A DNA stretch of 64,000 nucleotides from an uncultured Candidatus Rokubacteria bacterium (GTDB lineage: Bacteria > Methylomirabilota > Methylomirabilia > Rokubacteriales > CSP1-6), in contig CAVVEU010000020.1 in NCBI GenBank assembly GCA_963747235.1, forward strand, positions 64,001 to 128,000, read 5' to 3'. The stretch's first letter is position 1. Every line of letters starts with the position of its first letter. This document shows positions 40,717 to 50,740 of the stretch, piece by piece. The notes under the pieces were generated by a model. That model made no database searches and was not told the DNA's origin. It saw only the letters and a program-made list of their open reading frames with translations. Position numbers and translations under genes: made by a program.

Positions 40717-42216
40717 CTACCTGAGCGTTGCCTCGTGGAACAGCATCCACTGATCGCCGCGGGGCGTCCACGTCACGCGGTCGCGCGAGGCGTAGATGTC
40801 CACCTGCTGCATGAGGAAGACCCACGTGGCATCCTCGACCATCGCGCGCGCCAGGTCCGCGTAGATCTTCTTGCGCCGGGCGGGGTCCATGGTGGAGCGG
40901 CCCGCGTCGAAGAGCGCGTCCACCTTCTCGTTCTTGTAGTAGAGGCCGCGGCCCTTCGATGACACCAGGTTGTAGAGCTCGTCGCCGTCCTGCATCGGCC
41001 CGCCGAGCCCGAGCAGGTAGGCGTCCTGGAACTGCTTGCCGAGATAGCGCTTGAAGTAGGCGCCCCACTCCGCCACCTGCACGCGCGGCTTGAAGCCCGC
41101 CTTCTGCCACTGGCCGCCCAGCGCCTCCGCGATCTCCTTGTCGCCCTGGTAGCGGCCCGCGGGCGCCTCCAGCGTGATCTCGACGCCGTCCGGGTAGCCG
41201 GCTTCCGCGAGCAGGCGGCGGGCTCGCGCCGGATCCGGCCCGTAGCCGCGGACGGAGGCGTCGAAGCCGAACATCTGCGGCGTGAAGGGCCCCGCCATGC
41301 GGCGCCCGTTGCCGTCGAGCACGCTCTTCACCAGCGCGTCCACGTCGGTCGCGTGGTTGAGCGCCTGGCGCACGCGCACGTCCGAGAGCGGCTTGTTGAA
41401 GGCGTTGAGCCCGAGATAGATGATCCACGTGCTGGGCACGCGCTGCACGCGGAGGCCGCCGACCCGCTCGAGCTCGCCCGCCAGGTTCGGCGGCACCGTG
41501 TCGATCACGTCCACCTCGTTGTTGCGGAGCGCGGCCGAGCGGGTGAAGGGCTCGGGGATGGGCTTGTAGACGATGCGCCGGATCTTCGGAGCGCCCCGCC
41601 AGTGCCGGTCGAAGGCCTCGACGATCAGGTGATCGTCCTTGACCAGCTCCACGAAGCGGAAAGGGCCGGTGCCCACCGGCCGCAGGGCCAGGCCCTGGTT
41701 GCCCTTCTCCGCGGTGTACTTCGGCGGCACGATCGGGAAGTCGATCAGCCGGTTCAGCAGCGGCGCGTAGGGCTGGCGGAGGACGAGGTTGACGGTGGAG
41801 TCGTCCACCACCTCCACCCGCGCGACCTCGCCCACGTTGGCCCGGTTGGGCGATTTCTGATTGGGGTCCAGCACCCGCTCGAAGGTGAAGCGCACCGCGT
41901 CGGCATTGAACGGCTCGCCGTTGTGGAAGACGACCCCGCGGCGCAGCTTGAGCTGGAGCGTCAGGTCGTCGAGCGCCTTCCACGACTCGGCGAGCTGGGG
42001 CGCGATGCGGTTGTCGGCGTCGCGGCCCACCAGGGAATCGAAGATGTTCACGCCCACCTTGGCCCGGATGGACGAGAGGTTCATCGTGGGGTCGAGATTC
42101 TCGGGCGTCCACGGCAGCGCGACCCGGAGCTCGCCCGGGGACTGGGCGCCCGCCGGGCCGGCCGCGTACAGGAGCAGGAGCATCGCGGCCAGCCGCAGCG
42201 GCGCGTGCCTTTTCAT
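40717..42216 (-). CDS. ABC transporter substrate-binding protein, family 5 (peptide/nickel)
   Basis: Signal peptide, LDPT, LAESW, LRRGVVFHNGEPFNADAV, PVGTGPF, DVRVRQAL. Confidence 0.9.
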   Translation of the reverse strand: MKRHAPLRLAAMLLLLYAAGPAGAQSPGELRVALPWTPENLDPTMNLSSIRAKVGVNIFDSLVGRDADNRIAPQLAESWKALDDLTLQLKLRRGVVFHNGEPFNADAVRFTFERVLDPNQKSPNRANVGEVARVEVVDDSTVNLVLRQPYAPLLNRLIDFPIVPPKYTAEKGNQGLALRPVGTGPFRFVELVKDDHLIVEAFDRHWRGAPKIRRIVYKPIPEPFTRSAALRNNEVDVIDTVPPNLAGELERVGGLRVQRVPSTWIIYLGLNAFNKPLSDVRVRQALNHATDVDALVKSVLDGNGRRMAGPFTPQMFGFDASVRGYGPDPARARRLLAEAGYPDGVEITLEAPAGRYQGDKEIAEALGGQWQKAGFKPRVQVAEWGAYFKRYLGKQFQDAYLLGLGGPMQDGDELYNLVSSKGRGLYYKNEKVDALFDAGRSTMDPARRKKIYADLARAMVEDATWVFLMQQVDIYASRDRVTWTPRGDQWMLFHEATLR

Positions 42217-42281
42217 GCCGCGGAGTCTACCACGCGGGTCGCGGGCCGGGCCCCGCCCCGCCGCCGGCTTTTGTTGCGTCG

Positions 42282-42309
42282 GGAACTTCCGCGCCGCGGT
42301 ATGGTCTTA
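42282..42309 (+). promoter_or_regulatory. ECF (sigmaE-type) promoter upstream of the ECF sigma gene
   Basis: GGAACTT-N16-TCTTA. Confidence 0.6.
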
Positions 42310-42311
42310 CC

Positions 42312-42872
42312 GTGCGAGAGGCGGAGGCAGGCGACGCGCCGCGCTTCCTGGACCGGCTTCGCGCCGGCGATGCCCCCGCCTTCGAGGAGCTGGTGATGAC
42401 GTACCAGCATCGCGTGTTCGGGGTGGCCCTTCGCATGCTGGGCAACCGGGCCGAGGCGGAAGAAGTGGCGCAGGAGGCCTTCGTCCGCGCCCATCGCGCG
42501 CTGGGCGACTTTCGCGGCGACGCCAAGCTCTCGACCTGGCTCTACGCCATCACCTCGCGACTCTGCCTGAACCGGCTCGCCTCCGGCGAGCGGCGCCTGA
42601 CGAGCCACGGCGAGGAGGCGCTGCTGCGGCTGTCCGACGCGGGCCCACGCCCGGACGCGGCGCTCGAGCGGAGCGAGCTCGAGACCGCGCTCGGGCGGGC
42701 CATCGCCGAGCTGCCGGAGGACCGGCGTATCGTGGTGGTGCTGCGCGACATCGAAGGCCTCTCCTACGAGGAGATCGCGCAGGTGCTGGAGCTGGAGCTC
42801 GGAACGGTGCGCTCCCGCCTGCACCGGGCGCGGGCGGACCTGAAGGAGAAGCTGGAGCGATTCCTGCCATGA
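42312..42872 (+). CDS. ECF RNA polymerase sigma factor
   Basis: AFEELV, AEEVAQEAF, FRGDAKLSTWLYAI, LRDIEGLSYEEIA, GTVRSRLHRAR. Confidence 0.93.
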   Translation: MREAEAGDAPRFLDRLRAGDAPAFEELVMTYQHRVFGVALRMLGNRAEAEEVAQEAFVRAHRALGDFRGDAKLSTWLYAITSRLCLNRLASGERRLTSHGEEALLRLSDAGPRPDAALERSELETALGRAIAELPEDRRIVVVLRDIEGLSYEEIAQVLELELGTVRSRLHRARADLKEKLERFLP

Positions 42873-43973
42873 CCTGTGACGAGACGCGCGACACGCTGTC
42901 GGCCTATCTCGACGAGGCGCTGGCCCCGGACGAGCGGAGCCTGGTCGCCGCGCACCTCCTGGGCTGTCCGGAGTGCCGGCGCGAGCTCGAGGCCCTCCGG
43001 GGCACGGTCGCGCTGCTCCAGCGCGTGGAGCCGGCGCGCGCGCCGGTGGGCTTCGTGGACCGCGTGGTGGCCGCGGCGCGGCCTCGACCGTGGTACCGGC
43101 GCGCGGCGGACGCGGTGCTCCTGCCGCTGTCGGTGAAGCTGCCGCTCGAGGCCGCCGCGGTGGTGATGGTGGGGCTGCTCGCGGTCTATCTCTTCGAGCG
43201 CTCGCCGGAGCTGCAGCGGGCCGCGCGCGAGGTGGCCCCGCAGCAGGAAGCGGCGGCGCCCGCGAAGGAGAAGGCGGTGGAGCCGCTCGCGGACAAGGCC
43301 GCGCCGTCTCCGGTCCCCGCCGCGCCCGTGCCCGCGGAGCGCCCTTCCCGAGCGGCCGGCGAGCGCGACCAACGCGCCGATGCGCCGTTATCGCGGGAGG
43401 CCGTCCCGCCGCCGGCGGCTTCTCCACCCGTCGTCGGGGCGCCACCGCCACCGGCTGCCCCCGCGCCGGCGACCGCTCCCCCGCCACCGGCCGCCTCGAC
43501 GCCGTCGGGCGCCCCGGTGCCTCTGCCGACCGCGGCGCCGCCACCCGAGATCAAGGCCCAGGCCAGGAAGGAGGCCGCGCCCAGCGAGAACGTGGCCGGC
43601 GCGGTCCGCTCCGAGGCCGAGAGCCGCCAGCGGGTGCTCCCGCCGAGTGCCACCGGGGACTCGGCCCGCGCGGCTCCGTCGGTATCGAAGCTGGCCGCCA
43701 AGCGCGTGCTGCCCTCGGCGGACGTCGTGGCCCGCGTAGGTGTGAAGGATCGCGATGCGGCGGAGCGTGAGCTCACGGTCCTCATCGCGCGCCTGGGCGG
43801 CAGCGTCACGCAGCGGCGGCGGGAGGACGAGGCCACCGTGGTGGAGGCCGTGATTCCGCAGCCGCGCTACGCGGAGTTCTCCGACAGCGTGGCGCGCATC
43901 GGCGCCTGGCAGGTCGAGGCCGAGCGCGCCGGATCTCCCGGCCCAGATCCACGTGATCCTGCGCCTGCAGTAG
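42869..43973 (+). CDS. Zinc-finger (zf-HC2/ZAS) transmembrane anti-sigma factor with Pro/Ala linker and C-terminal periplasmic domain (last codons frameshifted)
   Basis: ATG overlaps the sigma stop. MTCDETRDTLSAYLD...HLLGCPEC, TM segment AAAVVMVGLLAVYLF, Pro-rich linker. Confidence 0.85.
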
Positions 43974-43977
43974 CCCC

Positions 43978-44005
43978 GGAACTTCTCCGGGTTCCCCCGG
44001 TCTAA
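43978..44005 (+). promoter_or_regulatory. ECF (sigmaE-type) promoter upstream of the DUF4139 gene
   Basis: GGAACTT-N16-TCTAA, matching the RpoE/AlgU-type consensus GAACTT-N16-TCTRA. Confidence 0.7.
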
Positions 44006-44044
44006 CCGGACAGCAACAGCCACCCGGTTCCTGGAGGATCACCG

Positions 44045-45463
44045 ATGAGAACGCTTCCGCAACGCCTGATCGCCTTCACCCTCGCCGGCCTGCTCGGCGC
44101 GGCCCCGATCGCCGGCGCGGCGCCGGTCAAGATCACCGCCGCCGAGCAGCGCGACGTCATGATCACGGTCTACAACGGCAATCTGGGCCTCGTGAAGGAT
44201 GTGCGCGAGGTCCGGCTCGACGCCGGGCTGATCGAGACCCACTTCATGGACGTGGCGGCCCAGATCGACCCCACCTCCGTGCTGCTCCGCTCCCTCACCG
44301 ACCCGACCGGGCTCAAGATCCTGGAGCAGAACTACGAGTACGACCTGCTCTCGAGCGAGAAGCTCATGGAGAAGTACGTGGGCCGGAAGGTGCGGCTCTA
44401 CCAGAGCAACGGCACCTTCCAGGAGGCCACCCTGCTCTCCACGCGCGGCCCGGTCTACGACATCAACGGCCAGATCCACATGGGGCACTTCGGCAGCGTG
44501 GTGCTGCCCGCGCTGCCCGAGAACCTGGTGTCGAAGCCGACGCTCGCCTGGCTGCTGCGCAACACGCGCCCGGCGCCCCAGCGGGTGGAGGCGTCCTATC
44601 TCACCGCCGGCATCAGCTGGAAGTCCGACTACGTGATGCTGATCAACGCGGCCGACTCCCGCGCGGACCTCACCGGCTGGGTCACGATCAACAACCAGAG
44701 CGGGGCGACGTACCAGAACGCGGCCTTGAAGCTGGTGGCCGGCGACATCAACCGGGCCGCGAGCCGCGACGACTCGCGGCGGGCCATGGAGATGGCCGCG
44801 AAGGCGTCGTCTCCCGCGGTGGCCGACCGCGAGTTCAAGTCGGAGGGCTTCTTCGAGTACCACCTCTACACCCTCGACGGCCGCACCACCATCAAGGAGA
44901 GCCAGACCAAGCAGCTCACGCTCATGTCGGCGGCGGACTTCCCGGTGGACAAGCAGTTCATCTACTACGGCGCCGCGAACTACCACCGCACCCAGTACGG
45001 GGTGCCGATCTCGAACCAGAAGGTGGGCGTCTACCTCGACATCCGCAACACGAAGGAGAACCGTCTCGGCGTGCCCCTGCCCAAGGGCAAGGTGCGCGTG
45101 TACAAGGCGGACGCGTCGGGGAGCCAGCAGCTCATCGGCGAGGACTGGATCGACCACACGCCGAAGGACGAGCGGGTCCGGATCAAGATGGGCGAGGCCT
45201 TCGACCTGGTGGGCGAGCGCGTGCAGAAGGACTGGAAGAAGATCGGCGGCAATCTCTACGAGATCGAGTGGGAGATCACCCTCCGCAACCACAAGAAGGA
45301 GGCGGTCACCGTCGAGGTGATCGAGCCCATGCCGGGGGACTGGGAGATCCTGAGAAGCACCCATCCTCACGAGAAGCTCCAGGCCTTCACCGCCCGATGG
45401 AAGATCCCGGTGCCCAAGGAAGGCGCCACCACGCTCGGCTACCGCACCCGCGTCCGCTTCTAG
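44045..45463 (+). CDS. Secreted DUF4139/DUF4140-domain protein
   Basis: GGAGG SD, signal peptide, ITVYNGNLGLVKDVR, EQNYEYDLL, SYLTAGISWKSDY, EYHLY, LGVPLPKGKVRVY, IDHTPKDE. Confidence 0.82.
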   Translation: MRTLPQRLIAFTLAGLLGAAPIAGAAPVKITAAEQRDVMITVYNGNLGLVKDVREVRLDAGLIETHFMDVAAQIDPTSVLLRSLTDPTGLKILEQNYEYDLLSSEKLMEKYVGRKVRLYQSNGTFQEATLLSTRGPVYDINGQIHMGHFGSVVLPALPENLVSKPTLAWLLRNTRPAPQRVEASYLTAGISWKSDYVMLINAADSRADLTGWVTINNQSGATYQNAALKLVAGDINRAASRDDSRRAMEMAAKASSPAVADREFKSEGFFEYHLYTLDGRTTIKESQTKQLTLMSAADFPVDKQFIYYGAANYHRTQYGVPISNQKVGVYLDIRNTKENRLGVPLPKGKVRVYKADASGSQQLIGEDWIDHTPKDERVRIKMGEAFDLVGERVQKDWKKIGGNLYEIEWEITLRNHKKEAVTVEVIEPMPGDWEILRSTHPHEKLQAFTARWKIPVPKEGATTLGYRTRVRF

Positions 45464-45478
45464 CCGGACGGCTTCCGG

Positions 45479-45516
45479 TTGACAGGCGCTGCGGCTTAGG
45501 TGACCCTAAGCCGCAG
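45479..45516 (+). promoter_or_regulatory. Sigma-70 -35 box followed by a 12-bp inverted repeat with a DtxR/IdeR-like core
   Basis: TTGACA at 45479-45484, then CTGCGGCTTAGG-TGAC-CCTAAGCCGCAG. Confidence 0.5.
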
Positions 45517-45529
45517 AGGCCTTTTCCCG

Positions 45530-46516
45530 ATGCCGACACGCGCGACGCTGATCACGCTGCTCCTGCTCCTCTCCGGGGCCACCGTGGCCCACGCCCAGGG
45601 CGACCAGCAGGCCCGCGGGCGGCAGGCGGTCCAGGGCATGGCGGGCTGCTACCTGGTGGACTACAGCTACGTCGAGGTCCAGGACCTCAAGCCCGGCTAC
45701 GTCCGGGATCCCCGCGTCTACGACGTCAACCGCGACAAGTCGGCGAAGGAGTGGATCGTCGCCGAGACGCTGTCGGCGAACCGGCTGCGCCTGCAGCGCA
45801 TCCTGTTCCTCAGCGATCTCGCCGGAAATGTCCGGGAAGACACGATGATCCGGCACCAGTCGGAGGACTGGGAGTACGACGCGGCCTCGCTCTACGATTT
45901 CGTCGCGCCACTGCACTGGCAGGCGCGCGATCTGCGGGCCACGCCCGGGCTCTGGACCCGGCGCGTGACCAACCTGGACGACGGGCTGCGCTACCAGTGC
46001 GCGGCGCGCTGGACCGAGGATCGCGCCTACCCCGAGTGGTCTTGCGCGAACTACGCGCCGATCCCGGGTCGCGAGACGCGCGACATGGGCCGGTCCGACT
46101 ACCAGACGCTCCAGCGCGGGACCCGCATCCTGGTGTACGGGGCGGCCCAGGGCGGGAGCTGGCTCGAGCGGCAGGACAACGTGAAGACCATTCACACCGA
46201 CAGCGGCCGCGTCCCGCTGGTGCGCGAGCTCGGCAAGAACTGGTACGTGCGGCTGCCCGACGCGGAGTGCGCCGGCGCGCGGACGTTCGCGGAGCGGCGC
46301 CGGGACTACTGGGCCCTGCTGCGGGAGACCTGGGACGGCCTCCTCGACGGCTCCGGCCCCTTCACCGAGCGCGCGCCGGCCGGGCGGCCGCCGCGCTTCG
46401 TGAAGATGTTCGAGGTCGAGGAGGACGCGATCGCCCAGAACCTCGCCGATCCCACGGTGCGCGAGGCCGTCCGCCAGCGCATCCTCGCGGTGATCGAGGA
46501 GTACCGCGCCCGCTGA
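45530..46516 (+). CDS. Secreted protein, DUF6607-like
   Basis: Signal peptide ending AHA, then MAGCYLVDYSYVE, LQRILF, RHQSEDWEY, PIPGRE, DYQTLQR, WLERQDNVK. Family assignment is from memory. Confidence 0.6.
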   Translation: MPTRATLITLLLLLSGATVAHAQGDQQARGRQAVQGMAGCYLVDYSYVEVQDLKPGYVRDPRVYDVNRDKSAKEWIVAETLSANRLRLQRILFLSDLAGNVREDTMIRHQSEDWEYDAASLYDFVAPLHWQARDLRATPGLWTRRVTNLDDGLRYQCAARWTEDRAYPEWSCANYAPIPGRETRDMGRSDYQTLQRGTRILVYGAAQGGSWLERQDNVKTIHTDSGRVPLVRELGKNWYVRLPDAECAGARTFAERRRDYWALLRETWDGLLDGSGPFTERAPAGRPPRFVKMFEVEEDAIAQNLADPTVREAVRQRILAVIEEYRAR

Positions 46517-46531
46517 AGGGCGCGGCCCTTT

Positions 46532-47832
46532 TCAGCGCCCTTCGACCAGCAGCAGGTAGAGGTCGAGCAGGTTGGTGTTGGTCGGGCCGGTGACCACCAG
46601 GTCGCCCAGGGCCGCGAACAGCGGGTTCGAGTCGTTCCGGTCCAGCCGGGCCCGCGGATCGTCGCCGCGCGCCCGCGCGCGCTTCACGGTGGCGCCGTCC
46701 GCGATCGCCCCGGCCGCGTCGGTGGGCCCGTCGGTGCCGTCCGTGCCCGCGGCCAGCGACCACGACGCCGTCCACGCCGTCGAGCTCGAGCGCGGCGGCC
46801 AGCGCCAACTCCTGGCAGCGCCCGCCGCTGCCCGGCCCGCGCACGGTCACGGTGGTCTCGCCGCCCGCGATCACGCAGGCGGGCGGCGCCACGGGCCCCC
46901 GGCCGGCCTGGATCGTCGCGGGCCAGGCCGACGAAGCGTCCGCGCCACCTCCCGCGCCTCGCCCTCGAGCGCGCGCGTCAGCACGTGCGGGGCGTAGCCG
47001 AGCGCGCGCGCCTGCGCGGCCGCGGCCTCGACGACCAGGAGATTGTTGCCGATCACGGTGTTGGTCACGCCGCGGAAGACCGGGTCGTCGGGCTTCGGCG
47101 TCTCCGGGATCTCCCCGCGGGCTCCCGCGCTCGAGCCGCTCGACGATCGGCGGCGGGCGTCCGCGCGCGGAGCTCGAAGCGGTCGAGGATGGCGAGCGCC
47201 TCCGCGAAGGTGGACGCGTCGGGCGCGGTCGGGCCGGAGGCGATGACGTCGAGCGGATCGCCGATCACGTCGGAGAGCAGCAGCGCGTGCACGCGGGCGG
47301 GCGCCGCGGCCCGCGCGAGCTGGCCGCCCTTCAGCAGCGAGCAGTGCTTCCGCACCGCGTTGAGCTGGTTGATGTTGGCGCCGGCGGCGAGCAGGAGCCG
47401 CGTCATCGCCTGCTTGTCGGCCAGGGTGATGGGCGGCACCGGCGCGGGGTCAGCGCCGAGCCGCCGCCCGAGACGAGGACCAGCAGCAGATCGTCGGCCC
47501 CGGCGGACTCGGCGAGCGCGCGGATCTCGCGCGCGGCCGCGGCCTCGCCGCGCTCGTCGGGGACCGGGTGCCCGGCCTCGACCAGGCGGACGCGGGCGTG
47601 TCGGGCGAGATAGCCGTCCTTGACCACCACGAGGCCGTCGGCGATCCGGTCGCCGAGCGCGTCCTCGACGGCGGCGGCCATGGCGCCCGAGGCCTTCCCC
47701 GCCCCCACCACGAGCACGCGGCCGCGCGGCGGCCAGGCGCACGTCGGCGAGGGCGCGGCGGACCAGCGGATGAACGTCGGCGGCGCGCAGCGCGGCGTCG
47801 AAGATCGAGCGCGCGGCCTCGCGGAGGCTCAC
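46532..47832 (-). CDS. Glycerate kinase type 2 (MOFRL/TtuD-like); several frameshifts
   Basis: VVGAGKASGAMA, EAGHPVPD, SGGGSAL, NAVRKH, LSDVIGDPLDVIASGPT, GGETTV, GGRCQE, GPTNTNLLDL across frames. Confidence 0.85.
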
Positions 47833-48999
47833 CGCGAGAGCTTCTGCAGCCGGCGGCCCGCCTCGATCAGCATGTCGTCCGTCTTGGGGAAGCAGAAGCG
47901 GATCTTGGTCCGGCCCAGCTCCGCGTGCGCGTAGAAGGACGAGCCCGGCACCGTCGCCACGCCGATCTCCCGGATCAGGTACATGCGCGAACTCGTGGTC
48001 GTCGCGGCAGTCGAACTCGCTTCAGGAAGTGCTCGACGTCGGTCAGGATGTAGTAGGCGCCCCGGGGCTTGTAGGCCACGAAGCCCGCCTCCTCCACCTT
48101 GCCCGAAGCAGCAGATCGCGCCGGGCCTGGTAGCTCTCGCGCAGGTAGACGTAGTACGAGTCGGGCAGGTTGAGCGCGGTCACCGCCGCTTCCTGGAGCG
48201 GGTGCGGCGCGCCCACCGTGATGAAGTCGTGCGCCCGCCGGATGCCGAGCGACAGCTCGGGGCTGGCCACCGCGTAGCCGACCCGCCAGCCGGTGACCGA
48301 GTAGGACTTCGAGATGCCCGAGATGGTGATGGTGCGGTCGGCCATGCCGGGCAGCGTCGCGATCGGGAGTGTGCGCCGAGCCCGTCGTAGATGATGTGCT
48401 CGTAGATCTCGTCGGTGATCGCGAGCAGGTCGTGCTCGATGCAGAGATCGGCGATGACCTGGAGCTCCGCGCGGGAGAACACCTTGCCGGAGGGGTTGTT
48501 CGGGCTGTTGAAGACGATGGCGCGGGTGCGCGGGACGACCGCCCGGCGCGAGCCGGTCGGGATCGAACGAGAAGTCCGGCGGCTCGAGCGGCACGTAGAC
48601 CGGCTCCGCGCCTGCGATGATGCAGCCCGGCCCGTAGTTCTCGTAGAAGGGCTCGAAGATGATGACCTCGTCGCCGGGGTTGAGCACCGCCAGCAGGGTG
48701 GCCAGCATGGTCTCGGTGGAGCCGCAGCAGACCGTGACGTTGCGGTCGGCCTCGACGTCCATGCCGTAGAACTTCCGGTACTTCTCCGCGATGGCGCGCC
48801 GGAGCGACGGCGTGCCCCACGTGATCGCGTACTGGTGGAAGTCGCCGTCGATGGCGCGGTGGGCCGCCTCGATCAGCTCCCGCGGCGGCGGGAAGTTCGG
48901 CATGCCCTGGGCGAGGTTGATGCCGTCGTACTGGTTGTTGACCCGGGTCATCTCCCGGATGACCGACTCGGTGAAGCCCTGGACGCGCTTGGAGATCAT
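47829..48999 (-). CDS. Class I/II PLP-dependent aminotransferase; several frameshifts
   Basis: INLAQGMPNF, EPFYENY, NSPNNPSGKVF, TDEIYEHI, SKSYSVTGWRVG. Confidence 0.88.
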
Positions 49000-49025
49000 G
49001 CGGCGCGGGAGCGGGTCGCGTCGGG

Positions 49026-49307
49026 TTACCGGCCGCCCGCGATGGCCGGGACGATGGAGACCTCGTCGCCCTGCTTGAGCGTGGTGGTCGCGCCCTGCAG
49101 GAACCGGATGTCTTCCTGGTTGACGTAGATGTTGATGAAGCGGCGGAGCTCGCCGCCGTCCTCGACCAGGCGCTCCTTGAGCCCGGGAAACTGGCGCTCC
49201 AGGATCCTCGATGAGATCGGTGACGTTGTCGCCGCGTCGGCCTGGACCTCGGCCGCGCCCTTCGTGAGGGTGCGGAGCGGTGTGGGAATGCGGACCAGAA
49301 CGGCCAT
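49026..49307 (-). CDS. MoaD/ThiS/CysO-type ubiquitin-like sulfur carrier
   Basis: VRIPTPLR, RRFINIYVNQEDIRFL, VSIVPAIAGGR. Confidence 0.9.
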   Translation of the reverse strand: MAVLVRIPTPLRTLTKGAAEVQADAATTSPISSRILERQFPGLKERLVEDGGELRRFINIYVNQEDIRFLQGATTTLKQGDEVSIVPAIAGGR

Positions 49308-49329
49308 GTGAGGGTCTCCTTCGTCCGGG

Positions 49330-50589
49330 CTACGTCCCGGTCTTGGACTTGAGATCGGCCAGCGCCCGGTCGAACACGGTGAGCGAGGGCTGGATGGTCA
49401 CGTCACTGTGCAGCCGGTCGTGCAGCACGTCGGGTGTCTTCAAGCCGTTGCCCGGTGACGCACATGACGATGGGCTCGTCGCGGGGGATGCGTCCGGCCT
49501 CGATGAGCTTGCGGGTCGCCGCCACCGTCACGCCGCCCGCGGTCTCCGCGAAGATGCCCTCGGTGCGGGCCAGCAGGCGCATGCCCTCGATGATCTCCTC
49601 GTCGGTGGCGTGCTCGCCGTAGCCGCCCGAGTCCTTCACCGCGCGGTAGGCATAGTACCCGTCGGCCGGGTTGCCGATCGCGAGCGACTTGCAGATGGTC
49701 TGGGGCCGCACCGGCACCAGCACGTCGGTGTCGTTCTTGATCATGGTGACGATGGGCCCGCAGCCGGCGGCCTGCGCCGCGTACATGCGGGTGCGGCTCT
49801 CGGGGATCAGCCCGAGCATGGCCAGCTCCTGCATCGCCTTGGCGATCTTGGTGAGGAGCGAGCCGCCCGCGCAGGGCACCACCACGTGGGCGGGGGCGCG
49901 CCAGCCGAGCTGCTCGGCGATCTCGTACCCGTACGTCTTCGAGCCCTCCGCGTAGTACGGCCGGAGGTTGATGTTCACGAAGGCCCAGTGGTAGCGGTCC
50001 CCGACCTCGGCGCAGAGGCGGTTGACCTCGTCGTAGGTCCCCCGCACCTCGATGACGGTGGGGTCGTAGATCAGCGTCGCGATGACCTTGCCCTGCTCGA
50101 GATCGGCCGGGATGAAGATGTAGGAGGCCAGGCGCGCCTCCGCGGCGTGGGCCGCCACCGAGTTGGCGAGGTTGCCGGTGGAGGCGCAGGCGACGGTGTC
50201 GAAGCCGAACTCCCGGGCCTTGCCGATCGCCATCGCGACCACGCGATCCTTGAACGAGCAGGTCGGGTGGCGAGACCGCGTCGTTCTTGACGTAGAGCTC
50301 CTTCACGCCCCACTCCGTCGGCCAGGTTGCGCGCGCGCACCAGCGGGGTGAAGCCCACCGCGGCGCCGATGGGCGGCTCACCGTCCACCAGATCGAGCGG
50401 CAGCAGATCGGCGTAGCGCCAGATCGACTGGGGGCCGGCCTCGATGCGCGCGCGGCTGATGCGCGCGCGGATCACCTCGTAGTCGTAGTCGACCTCGAGG
50501 GGACCGAAGCAGAACTCGCAGACGTGAGACGGGGAGGAAGGGTAGCCGCGGCCACACTCCCGGCACTTCAAGCCCTTCAATCTGTCCAA
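49330..50589 (-). CDS. thrC: Threonine-synthase-like PLP enzyme with N-terminal zinc ribbon; frameshifted
   Basis: CRECG...CEFCFGPL, IWRYADLLP, GFTPL, SFKDR (PLP Lys), CASTGNLANS, EGSKT, AIGNPADG, ETAGG. Confidence 0.85.
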
Positions 50590-50687
50590 TGGCCTCTCCA
50601 ATCGGTAGGGGATTTGAGCCCCGGAATGAGCTGCACGATCCGGGTTGGCCGTCCCGGATCACCGACCAAGCGACAACGATTTCGTTT

Positions 50688-50716
50688 ACTTAACACTCCA
50701 CGCCGCGGATTGTCAA
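50688..50716 (-). promoter_or_regulatory. Sigma-70 promoter of the thrC-moaD operon
   Basis: Minus strand TTGACA-N17-TTAAGT. Confidence 0.6.
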
Positions 50717-50740
50717 CGCGATGCCGTATCATCGCCATCC

